From assembly GCA_002269645.1 (NCBI GenBank), contig NIVC01000069.1:310001-374000 (forward strand): a stretch of 64,000 nucleotides of DNA, written 5' to 3'. The notes below the pieces were generated by a model that was not told the origin of the DNA, searched no databases, and saw only the letters and a program-made list of their open reading frames with translations. The position numbers were made by a program, and so were the translations under genes. The DNA comes from Macrostomum lignano (Eukaryota). Below are positions 1 through 12,400 of the stretch, piece after piece. Position 1 is the first letter of the stretch; each line of letters starts with the position of its first letter.

Positions 1-519
1 AGGGTTTAGGGTGAAGGGTTTAGGGTGAAGGGTTTAGGGTGAAGGGTTTAGGGTGAAGGGTTTAGGGTGAAGGTTTAAGGGTAATGGGTTTTAGGGAAGG
101 GTTTAGGATGAAGGGCTTAGGGTGAAGGGTTTAGGGTGAAGGGTTTAGAGTAAAGGGTTAAGGGTAATGGGTTTTAGGGAAGGGTTTAGGGTGAAGGGTT
201 CAGGGTGAAGGGTCTATGGTGAACGGTTTAGGGTGAAGGGTTTAGGTTGAAGGGTTTAGGGTGAAGGGTTTTGGATGAAAAGTTTAGGGTGAAGGGTTTA
301 GTGTGAAGGGTTTAGGGTGAAGGGTTTTGGATGAAAAGTTTAGGGTGAAGGGTTTAGTGTGAAGGGTTTAGGGTGAAGGGTTTAGGGTGAAGGGTTTAGG
401 GTGAAGGGTTTAGGGTGAAGGGTTTAGGGTGAAGGGTTTAGGGTGAAGGGTTTAGGGTGAAGGGTTTAGGGTGAAGGGTTTAGGGTGAAGGGTTTAGGGT
501 GAAGGGTTTAGGGTGAAGG
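1..519 (+). repeat. 14-bp telomere-like minisatellite (TTTAGGG + TGAAGGG) inside an intron
   Basis: Tandem AGGGTTTAGGGTGA units with variants. The array ends 14 bp from the GTGAGT donor (533, minus strand) of the class C receptor gene. Confidence 0.95.
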
Positions 520-533
520 CCAGGTCAACTCAC

Positions 534-1785
534 CGGATAAACAGCGGCATGATCCGATGAGATGAGGCCAAATTTTTGCCAACCGAATTTTTTTAGCATC
601 TGAACGGTGGGTTCGATGTACAAACTGGTGGTGATTGACATCCTGATGAAGTACGGATAGGTGGCCGTGTTGCTGAGGTCAGGGGAAGTGTTGGAGTAGC
701 CAATCTGAAAGAGTTTTAGCCAAGGTATATGTACCTGAAAATATATCTGAACCGTTAAATTTTATGTTAGTGCTGTGAGTCTGTTTGCATTTGCATGTAG
801 ATTCTATTGTTAGACTGTTAGATTTGACTGTCAACCTGTTAGATTTGACTGTCAACCTGTTAGATTTGACTGTCAACCTGTTAGATTTGACTGTCAACCT
901 GTTAGATTTGACTGTCAACCTGTTAGATTTGACTGTCAACCTGTTAGATTTGACTGTCAACCTGTTAGATTTGACTGTCAACTTGTTAGATTTGACTGTC
1001 AACCTGTTAGATTTGACTGTCAACCTGTTAGATTTGACTGTCAACCTGTTAGATTTGACTGTCAACCTGTTAGATTTGACTGTCAACCTGTTAGATTTGA
1101 CTGTCAACCTGTTAGATTTGACTGTCAACCTGTTAGATTTGACTGTCAACATGTTAGATTTGACTGTCAACCTGTTAGATTTGACTGTCAACCTGTTAGA
1201 TTTGACTGTCAACCTGTTAGATTTGACTGCGCAGTGTCTCTTAAAGTGTAAAATTGTGCAAAAATGATTATAGTAAATGCATGGCAGCTTTTAAAAGCAC
1301 AGATAATTAGTGGTGCACTACCTCGGGAATGTAATAGTACTTTCCAACGTCGGCAACAACTTGAGACTGGTGCGAGTATCCGGCCCCGATGATCATAGCT
1401 TTGTTCGGTGGCTGAAGGTACCCATCGATAAAGGCTTTGGTAGCACTTCCTGATGATGGCTGAAGATGAATAGCAATTGCATATTGAGACATACATGTAC
1501 ATGTAAGGTGAGTTTTTTATTTAGGACTTTATTTACCCCATCCGTGAGAATGAGCGTGTAGTTCAACCGAAAACTAGGAAACAAACTGGACAAGTTGTTA
1601 GTAACGTAATCAAACGAGTAGGCTATAAAGTCGGGATCTACAGTGAAAATGGAATCGTTAGCTGTAATGCAGAGCACATTGATCACTGGCCTGGGGTCGG
1701 TAGTAGCTTCATCTGCCAGGAACTTTTTCGGTTGAGCTAATAGCACTGCTAATAGCACCAGAATTAGTTTGCAGGCGCGAAGCAT
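534..1785 (-). CDS. Class C GPCR / ANF-receptor family protein (GABA-B-receptor-like Venus flytrap domain), 5' partial
   Basis: Exons 1785-1537, 1459-1322 and 704-534, all phase 0 with GT-AG introns. Signal peptide MLRACKLILVLLAVLLAQ, then ...MIIGAGYSHQSQVVADVGKYYYIPE|IGYSNTSPDLSNTATYPYFIRMSITTSLYIEPTVQMLKKFGWQKFGLI. This parallels the GABA-B segment [21 protein letters not shown]...LFEKWGWKKIATI. The gene continues off the left edge, so a receptor guanylyl cyclase cannot be excluded. Confidence 0.8.
825..1229 (+). repeat. 21-bp minisatellite CTGTTAGATTTGACTGTCAAC (about 19 copies), intronic
   Basis: Near-perfect tandem array in intron 705-1321. The same unit recurs at 25471-26850. Confidence 0.97.
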
Positions 1786-3662
1786 GACTGAAAAGCGACT
1801 TGCAATATGGATAAAATCTCTATTTTGGTTGAATTGGGTTTATATAGAAACAATATTTTTTTAATTGAAAGGTCGATAACAACAGCTAACAGCTACAAAT
1901 TACCTCGCGGCCACCTGTTTTGTCCCATGACGCATACATGTAGGTCTAGCTTCATCGGCATGGTCTCGAATCTCTCTGATCAGCCTGTTTTTCATCATAA
2001 AAATTGAATATATAAACATGATGATTTATAGCTCGCGAAGATGATCTAGGATCAGGTCTGGCTCAATCAATCCTTTAATTATATTGAAATCAATCCAAGA
2101 AAGCAGGAAAATATGGGCCAATGCTAGCGGCAGGTGATAAAGTATTACCGTATTAAATTTAAACATTTCATTATCGAAATTTCCGCATAAATAGCACTTT
2201 CCATATTAGGCAATTAAAACTCCCGCGCACACTTTCCGAATTCTAGAATGGTCCGCGAAGCAGTCTATACGCCTGCAGGCACTCAGCTAATATCCAATAC
2301 ACTCCCTTTTACTCTTTTACTCCCCTTAACCAATTATTACCAAAGAACCACCGCCTTCAAGCTTCATTTATTTTATCAGCAACGCTACAATAGTATATCT
2401 GTGGACCAGAAATCACAGTGTGACGAATAAAGCGAATAAGACGGTTTTGTGTAGCGGTTAATTTAGATAGTTCACGATTAGTTAGCAGATCGGCAAGCCG
2501 CTCCACCCTTAGACTTTTACTAGTGCTACTTAAAATTGCTGGATCAGTTGATTAGCTAATTAATTGGTGGCCCAGGTAGGCGGCGGAAGAGTTGGTGTAA
2601 GGAGGCCAGACAGCGGTCACAGCTAAGGGTTAGCGAGCCTAGGTCGAGAAGCGAAGCAAGGGGAAGGGCGAGAGCGGCTGCTGAGTGTAGTGTAAGCATA
2701 TATTTAAAGGTAAACAGATAACAATAACACCCTTAATCCAAACCCCAGACAAACAACCCCCACGCGGCGCGTAATGTACATGTACAAATTAATCGAAAAT
2801 ATATCATGCAAGAATAACATACGTCAGTACATGTACATAGGTAGAACTACTTTACGAGAAATAATAACGATATGAATGAAATACAAATAATAGAATAAAT
2901 ACATACGAGACTACAAAAACAAAGCAATTAACAGTAAAAAATAGCGCGATAATAATACGTACGAATATTGTTAAAATAAATGAAAGAATACAGTAGTAGT
3001 ACGGTATGCATATGAAAATAAATAAATACGATACACACTTCTACGAATCACACTGTCACAACAGAGTTATTTTAAGAAAATTGTATTCAATGTCAAATTA
3101 TATTGGGAGCAGTATATAAATAGCAAAAAAGTTTATTTTACAGAATTATTAAATTTAGAGCGTTTAAATGCATACCTAATAAACTATTAATGCATCCTCT
3201 ACATTAATTATTATTAATTTGTTTTCGTAAGTCCTTACATTTTCAATTGTGCGATTTGACTTTCGATTTTTCTTAGAACAACCTACGAAACGAAGCGATG
3301 TACGAAATTAAACCGATCAATGTCACTATATATCCTATTTATTTATTAATTAAACCGATCAAGGTCGCTGCTCGCTGTCAGGCCCGGCAATTAAATATTT
3401 AGCCATTTAATGTTTATGTTTTCGAAAAATCTGAATTACATTACATGTTTCTATTTAATTAGTTTAACATTGGCATCGTATCACAGACATACAACCTGAA
3501 AGCGAAGCTGAAACTGACAGACAGCCATCGACTCAGTTACACCGCGTTAAACAACCAACGCAACATTTTACACAAGCACGAATAAGCAGATTTGACACAC
3601 CTAACTTGTTTCATATCACCTTGATGAAGGATTTGATAGATATAATTTAATAGTAGCATCCC

Positions 3663-6600
3663 ATGCAACAAAATTCATTAATTATAATGAGTAACCCAAT
3701 AAAGTTAAGGTACAATAGAATTGTTTGGGGCCTACTTTTCCTTGTACTGCTAATTGGAATTCTGTTTATATATGTTGATTATACAGGCTTAATAAATGAA
3801 AATGTCCCTCAAAGAAGCAATGAAATTTCTAAAAAGGTAAATATGCTTGCTATTGCTTTGCTTGCTTGACAAAAATGACAATACCTATTCTATTGATACT
3901 ATTTATTATTAATATATCATAATAAATTGGCAAATTTTTATGCTAAAACTTTTTTTCAAATAAACACTTGACTTATATAGGCTTAAAACTATGTGTATAC
4001 TTATAAAATACAAATTTTTAAAATTTGATTGCTCAATTACAATACTTATTAAATGTTTTATTAACACTAAAATGCAACCCACTTCAACAAAGACTATAAG
4101 TATTATGCTTGTGACAGGGTTTTTTCCTCTGTCCCTTTTTAAATCTTGTAAGCTTCTACCAAAGTTGTCCTACTTTTAATGTCTTATTTCTTAGGATCAG
4201 TTGATTTAGTACATTTCTGGGTAGCATTCTGTGTATAATTCTGTTAGTGTCTAATGTATAATTCTGGTAGCGTCTAATGTATAATTATAATATATATAGA
4301 TTGAACTGCTATTAGCTTTGTTTGCAGTGAGTACTCACAGATACATAGATAGTTAGGCAGTTGGTTTGACAAAAAGCTTGCTCCTATATATACCCAATTT
4401 TCCCCAATACAATTATAACAAAAAATAATTCCCTAATTTATTTTGTGCATTATAACAAATCATTTACCATAAGATAACAAATTAGTTGGTGCATTTAAAC
4501 AAACTAATATTTAGCGTCTCATGTAGATTTGATTTCCTAGAAAATATATAATATTAATCAAGCATTACTGTTACATTGATTCAAGAGGTAAAAACATTCA
4601 AGTAGCACTATTACATGCTTACATTAGTTTATTCTGTATGAATAGTTTAAAATCAGTATTGTTTGTTTTTATTAAACATTTTTAGCCAAGCTTGACCTAC
4701 AAGAGCCGTCAATTCTACCTGAATGGCCAACCTCTCCAAATCATATCTGGAACAATTAATTACTTTCGTGTGCATAGGAAATACTGGCGTACAAGACTGC
4801 TACAGCTGAAAGCGGCTGGTTTTAACACAGTTGACACGTGAGAGCATCATAAAAATGCTATATTTTCTACTTTAAGTAGCTGAATTAGCGCCAGTCATAA
4901 AAACTATTTTTTTATCAAAAACAGATGCATCCCATGGAATCTACACGAAAAGACAAAGGGAAGCTTCAACTTTCATGCCGACTTTAATATTAGGTATGAT
5001 AAATCTAGATAGTGCTAAGTTCATTTCTAATTATGCTACTATAGTGCTAATGTCAAATACTGTCTAGTAATAAATTGACTTTTCCTAGAAAGTTCATCAA
5101 ACTGGCCCAATCTGTGGGACTCTACGTTATAATCAAGCCTGGGCCTTTTGTGGGCTCTCAGATTGACTTTGGCGGCTTGCCTGGGTGAGATCGCGCTTGT
5201 CTAATTGAAAACCTATGAATGTACATCTGTGTCTACCAGTATAGCACAGTAAACTGCACTGCATCATCATGCTGCACTGTGTTTACCCTACTTACCCTCA
5301 CTCATACCAAACTTAAGAACGGCCTCTGCAGACTTCACTCAGCAAAATCTCTATCCTACTCAACCTCACCCCCCCCCCCACTCCACCTCACCCTACCCCA
5401 CTCTACCTTATCTTACCCCACTCTACCTTACCCTACCCCACTCTATCTCACCCTACCCCACTCTACCTTACCTTACCCCACTCTACCTCACCCTACCCCA
5501 CTCTACCTTACCTTACCCCACTCTACCTCACCCTAACCAACTCTACCTCACCCTACCCCACTCTACCTCACTTTACCCCACTCTACCTCACCCTAACCCA
5601 CTCTTCCTCACTCTACCTCACTCTACGCCACTCTACCTCACCCTACCCCACTCTACCTCACCCTACCCCACTCTACCTCACCCTAACCCACTCTACCTCT
5701 CTCTACCTCACTCTACCCCACTTTACCTCACCCTACCCCACTCTACCTTACCCTACCCCACTCTACCTTACCTTACCCCACTCTACCTTACCCTACCCCA
5801 CTCTACCTTACCCTACCCCACTCTACCTCACCCTACCCCACTCTACCTCACCCTAACCAACTCTACCTCACCCCACCCCACTCTACCTCACCCTAACCCA
5901 CCCTTCCTCACTCTACCTCACTCTACGCCACTCTACCTCACCCTACCCCACTCTACCTCACCCTAACTCACTCTACCTCACCCTAACCCACTCTACCTTA
6001 CCCTACCCGACTCTACCTCACCCTCCCCACTCTACCTTACCCTACCCCACTCTACCTTACCTTACCCCACTCTACCTTACCCTACCCCACTCTACCTCAC
6101 CCTACCCCACTCTACCTCACCCTAACAAACTCTACCTCACCCTACCCCACTCTACCTCACTTTACCCCACTCTACCTCACCCTAACCCACTCTTCCTCAC
6201 TCTACCTCACTCTACGCCACTCTACCTCACCCTACCCTACTCTACCTCACCCTACCCCACTCTACCTCACCCTAACCCACTCTACCTCTCTCTACCTCAC
6301 TCTACCCCACTCTACCTCACCCTACCCCACTCTACCTCACCCTAACCAACTCTACCTCACCCTACCCCACTCTATCTCACTTTACCCACTCTACCTCACC
6401 CTAACCCACTCTTCCTCACTCTACCTCACTCTACGCCACTCTACCTCACCCTACCCCACTCTACCTCACCCTACCCCACTCTACCTCACCCTAACCCACT
6501 CTACCTCTCTCTACCTCACTCTACATCACTCTACCTCACCCTACCCCACTCTACCTCACCCTAACCCACTCTACCTCTCTCTACCTCACTCTACCTCACC

Positions 6601-9322
6601 TTCCCCACTCTACCTTACCCTACCCCACTCTACCTCACCCTACCCCACTCTACCTCACCCTAACCAACTCTACCTCACCCTCCCCACTCTACCTCACCCT
6701 ACCCCACTCTACCTCACCGTAACCAACTCTACCTCACCCTACCCCACTCTACCTCACTTTACCCCACTCTACCTCACCCTAACCCACCCTTCCTCACTCT
6801 ACCTCACTCTACGCCACTCTACCTCACCCTACCCTACTCTACCTCACCCTACCCCACTCTACCTCACCCTAACCCACTCTACCTCTCTCTACCTCACTCT
6901 ACCCCACTCTACCTCACCCTACCCCACTCTACCTCACCCTAACTCACTCTACCTCACCCTAACCCACTCTACCTTACCCTACCCCACTCTACCTCACCCT
7001 ACCCCACTCTACCTCACCCTACCCCACTCTACCTCACCCTCCCCACTCTACCTTACCCTACCCCACTCTACCTTACCTTACCCCACTCTACCTCACCCTA
7101 ACTCACTCTACCTCACCCTAACCCACTCTACCTTACCCTACCCGACTCTACCTCACCCTCCCCACTCTACCTTACCCTACCCCACTCTACCTTACCTTAC
7201 CCCACTCTACCTTACCCTACCCCACTCTACCTTACCCTACCCCACTCTACCTTACCTTACCCCACTCTACCTTACCCTACCCCACTCTACCTCACCCTAC
7301 CCCACTCTACCTCACCCTAACCAACTCTACCTCACCCTACCCCACTCTACCTCACTTTACCCCACTCTACCTCACCCTAACCCACTCTTCCTCACTCTAC
7401 CTCACTCTACGCCACTCTACCTCACCCTACCCTACTCTACCTCACCCTACCCCACTCTACCTCACCCTAACCCACTCTACTTCACCCTACCCCACTCTAC
7501 CTCACCCTAACCCACTCTACCTCTCTCTACCTCACTCTACCCCACTCTACCTCACCCTACCCCACTCTACCTCACCCTAACCAACTCTACCTCACCCTAC
7601 CCCACTCTATCTCACTTTACCCCACTCTACCTCACCCTAACCCACTCTTCCTCACTCTACCTCACCCTACTCCACTCTACCTCACCCTACCCCACTGTAC
7701 CTCACCCTAACCCACTCTACCTCTCTCTACCTCACTCTACATCACTCTACCTCACCCTACCCCACTCTACCTCACCCTACCCCACTCTACCTCACCCTAA
7801 CCAACTCTACCTCACCCTCCCCACTCTACCTTACCCTACCCCACTCTACCTTACCTTACCCCACTCTACCTTACCCTACCCCACTCTACCTCACCCTACC
7901 CCACTCTACCTCACCCTACCCCACTCTACCTCAGTCCAACCCACAAACTGCTATTCGTCTTTTCGCAGCTGGCTACTAAAAGACGCCAATATGCGAGTCC
8001 GCAGTATGTACATGGGCTTCACCCTGGCAGTAGACAACTATTTCCAAGTGCTCATGCACCAATTAGTCGATCTGCAAGCCTCCCCTAACGGCGGACCAAT
8101 AATCGCCATCCAGTTGGAGCATGAGTACGGCAGTTTCGGGGACAGCCTGCAATATTTGCACTTTCTGCGCTCCACACTGCGTAGATACGGCGCTACAGAG
8201 GCATTCTACGCCTGCGAGACTGTCGAAGGGTTTAGCCGGCATCGACGACTTAATGGCGACTTTATTGGCATTAATTTTAATAGGCCCGAAGATGGCAGGA
8301 GAATGATATCTAATCGGCAGGTTAGCGCTGATTAAATCGCTTCTTTGTGGTCTTAGCAACCCATTTGTGACCCTAGCAACCGTTTGTTGGCATTAGCAAC
8401 CAATTGGTGACCCTAGCAACCGATTGGTGGCATTAGAAACCAATTTTTGACTTTGGCAACTAATTTATGACCCTAGCAACTGATTAGCAACAGTAGCAAC
8501 CAAATTAGTGACCTTGGCAACCGCATTATTGACCTTGGCAACCGAATTATTAACCTTGGCAACTAAAAATAATGACTTTGGAAACAAGTTCAACAACAAA
8601 TTAGTAACCTTTGTAACCGCATTAGTGAGGCAACCAAATTAGTGACCTTGGCAACCGCATTATTGAACCTTGGCAACCGCATTATTGACCTTGGCAACCG
8701 CATTATTGACCTTGGCAACCGCATTATTGACCTTGGCAACCGCATTATTGACCTTGTCAACCACATTAGTGACCTTGACAACACAAATGAGTGACCTTAG
8801 CAACCCAATTCTGTTCTATCCCACCCCTTGCAGGCCTGGGGCCGTGATCTGCCCTTATTTGTATCGGAGCTGTGGTCCGGCCATCAGCTCAACTGGAACG
8901 CTCTGGATCGCCATGACGTCATCAGGCCAGCTACACTGGCCAACCTGATTAGCAAACTGCTTGGCCCAATGCGAGCCAGCCTGTCTCTGCACATGTTTCA
9001 CGGCGGAACCAACTTTGGTTTCATGGCGTCCCGACTAGTGGCCACCAGTCACGACTGGGACGCCCCAGTCCACGAGTCGGGCAGTCGGGACACGTTGAAA
9101 TATCGAGCCGTGGCTGCGGCCGTTTCCATGGCAACCGGAAACCGATCGGACAGCTCGGGAAGGAGACGAGCCGAAAAGGAACTATTTGGGATCGTTGGCG
9201 GGTCCGGTGGCCGCGTCAAGGACTATGGTTTGTCTTTTATGGATATGACAATTTTCTACTAACTGGAACTCAATTCATTAGCCAGATTAATCTTATTTAT
9301 TTGCCAGATCTGCCATTCTGCC

Positions 9323-9395
<73 letters not shown>

Positions 9396-9402
9396 GCCTG
9401 CC

Positions 9403-9497
<95 letters not shown>

Positions 9498-12400
9498 TGA
9501 TTCATTAGTCAGATCTGCAAGTTTATTAGGTAAGTAGTCAATAAGGATTTACTGTGTTTAAGTGTTTACTTAATCTATAAAATATTTTTTCACAATCAGG
9601 TAATTTCAGTATCGACTCAGTTTTAACCTGGTCTGAACTAATTAATCTCATCGAGGTAAGATAATCTTTGTTAGGAGAGATAGGAGATAGGAGACCTATT
9701 CTCCTATATAAAGAAATCTTATTATTTTGAGGTTTATGAAAATTATTTTCATTTTTTTTGAAACAATTTTTAAGGATCCAAAGCTTTACGAATCTGCCAA
9801 ATTCATGGAGGAGGTGGACCAGAATTTCGGATTTATTGTGTACAGATCTGCGTTCAAGGCCGGACAAGTGGTCACTGTTGATGGCTATGTTGCAGACTGG
9901 GGGCTCGTGAGTCTGCTCTGGTGCTTGGCTTCCAGATTGACCTTCGTTTCTACTTCCTTTCTCAGTGCCTTCCTGTGTTTACCGACTGCGTCCTCCCTTA
10001 TATTCTCACTCCGTTTCTATCTCTCTCCTCTGCCCCCTCCTCTCTCTCCCCCTCCCTCTCCTCTCTCCCCTCCCTCTCCTCTCTCCCCTCCCTCTCATCT
10101 CCTATCTCTCCTCTCTCCCTCCTCTCCTCTCTCCCCTCCCTCTCCTCTCTCCCCTCCCTCTCCTCTCTCCCTCCCTCTCCTCTCTCCCCTCCCTCTCCTC
10201 TCTCCCCTCCCTCTCCTCTCTCCCCTCCCTCTCCTCTCTCCCCTCCCTCTCCTCTCCCCTCCCTCTCATCTCCTATCTCTCCTCTCTCCCTCTCCTCTCT
10301 CCCCTCCCTCTCCTCTCTCCCCTCCCTCTCCTCTCTCCCCTCCCTCTCCTCTCTCCCCTCCCTCTCATCTCCTATCTCTCCTCTCTCCCTCTCCTCTCTC
10401 CCCTCCCTCTCCTCTCTCCCCTCCCTCTCATCTCCTATCTCTCCTCTCTCCCTCTCCCCTCTCCATTTCGTCTCCTCTCTCCCCTCCCTCTCCTCTCTCC
10501 CCTCCGTCTCCTCTCTCCCCTCCCTCTCATCTCCTATCTCTCCTCTCTCCCTCTCCTCTCTCCCCTCCCTCTCCTCTCTCCCCTCCCTCTCCTCTCTCCC
10601 CTCCCTCTCCTCTCTCCCCTCCCTCTCCTCTCTCCCTCCCTCTCCTCTCTCCCCTCCCTCTCCTCTCTCCCCTCCCTCTCCTCTCTCCCCTCCCTCTCCT
10701 CTCTCCCCTCCCTCTCCTCTCTCCCCTCCCTCTCATCTCCTATCTCTCCTCTCTCCCTCTCCCCTCTCCATTTCGTCTCCTCTCTCCCCTCCCTCTCCTC
10801 TCTCCCCTCCCTCTCCTCTCTCCCCTCCCTCTCCTCTCTCCCCTCCCTCTCCTCTCTCCCCTCCCTCTCCTCTCTCCCTCCCTCTCCTCTCTCCCCTCCC
10901 TCTCCTCTCTCCCCTCCCTCTCATCTCCTATCTCTCCTCTCTCCCTCTCCTCTCTCCCCTCCCTCTCCTCTCTCCCTCCCTCTCATCTCCTATCTCTCCT
11001 CTCTCCCTCTCCTCTCTCCCCTCCCTCTCACCTCCTCTCTCTCCCCTCCCTCTCCTCTCTCCCCTCCCTCTCCTCTCTCCCCTCCCTCTCCTCTCTCCCC
11101 TCCCTCTCCTCTCTCCCTCCCTCTCCTCTCTCCCCTCCCTCTCCTCTCTCCCCTCCCTCTCCTCTCTCCCCTCCCTCTCCTCTCTCCCTCCCTCTCATCT
11201 CCTATCTCTCCTCTCTCCCTCTCCCCTCTCCATTTCGTCTCCTCTCTCCCTCCCTCTCCTCTCTCCCTCCCTCTCCCTCTCCCCTCCCTCTCCTCTCTCC
11301 CCTCCCTCTCATCTCCTATCTCTCCTCTCTCCCTCTCCTCTCTCCCCTCCCTCTCCTCTCTCCCCTCCCTCTCATCTCCTATCTCTCCTCTCTCCCTCTC
11401 CTCTCTCCCTCCCTCTCACCTCCTCTCTCTCCCCTCCCTCTCCTCTCTCCCTCCCTCTCCTCTCTCCCCTCCCTCTCCTCTCTCCCCTCCCTCTCCTCTC
11501 TCCCCTCCCTCTCCTCTCTCCCCTCCCTCTCCTCTCTCCCCTCCCTCTCCTCTCTCCCCTCCCTCTCCTCTCTCCCCTCCCTCTCATCTCCTATCTCTCC
11601 TCTCTCCCTCTCCCCTCTCCATTTTGTCTCCTATCGCCCCCTCTCTTCTCTCCTATTGTCTCCTATCTCTCCCTCTCCCTCTCGTCTTTTCCTCTCTCTG
11701 TCCTCTCTCCCTCTCGTCTCCTATCTCTCACTGATTTCCTCTCTCCCTCTCGTCTCCTATCTCTCCCTCCTCTCTTTCCCTCTCGTCTCTTATCTCTCCC
11801 TCTATCTGCCACTCGTCTCCTATCTCTCCGTCCTCTCCTTCCCCTCTTCTTCTCATTCTCTCTCCTATCCCCTTTCACCTCTCTCCCTCTCTCTGCTTCT
11901 CCTCAGGTTGATCTAATTTCTAAAATTCCCAAACCTCCCTATTCCCAAATAATAACCCGTGCAGTTGCTGATCAACGGTGCACCCCCGGACCCGGCGGAT
12001 CCGTCATCCGGGCAGCTGAGCGGAGCCATACCCCGGCAACACGATCAGCAGCAGCAGGTTCAGCAGCAGCAGCCGGCTCAGCGACACCTCAGCCTGAAAC
12101 GCTCCCAACTTGCGGCACCGACCAACACGTTGGACCTGATTGTAGAGAACCTCGGCAGATCCTCAAGCAGCTCCGGTGGTGCGCCCGAAGCCAACGCTCA
12201 GCGCAAAGGCCTCGCCAGTTGGCAGTCGCTGAACGCTGAACAGCTTCAGGCTCCAGGCAGATTGTTAATCAACGAGCAGCCAGTGCCTAGTTACAAAATC
12301 TATAGCCTGAGACTCGATGCCGCCTTCATGGCCAAAGTAGCTGTGAGGAGAAGTTCATGGCTGAGCGTGTCGTCTGCCGCAGCTCTGCCCCGGGGCCAGC

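Noticed and set aside
1-519. True telomere at the window start
   Set aside because: The array is a 14-bp composite, not pure TTAGGG, and lies in an intron of a gene that must continue leftward.
2448-2785. Possible solo LTR (TG...CA) in the bidirectional interval
   Set aside because: No TSD, PBS or second copy in the window; the boundaries are arbitrary.
9727-12239. 589-772 aa Ser/Pro/Leu ORFs, and similar ones at 32281-33713 and 41326-42432
   Set aside because: They are translations of stop-free CT/AG repeats. Only the first part of ORF 9727 (9775-9906) is a real GH35 exon.
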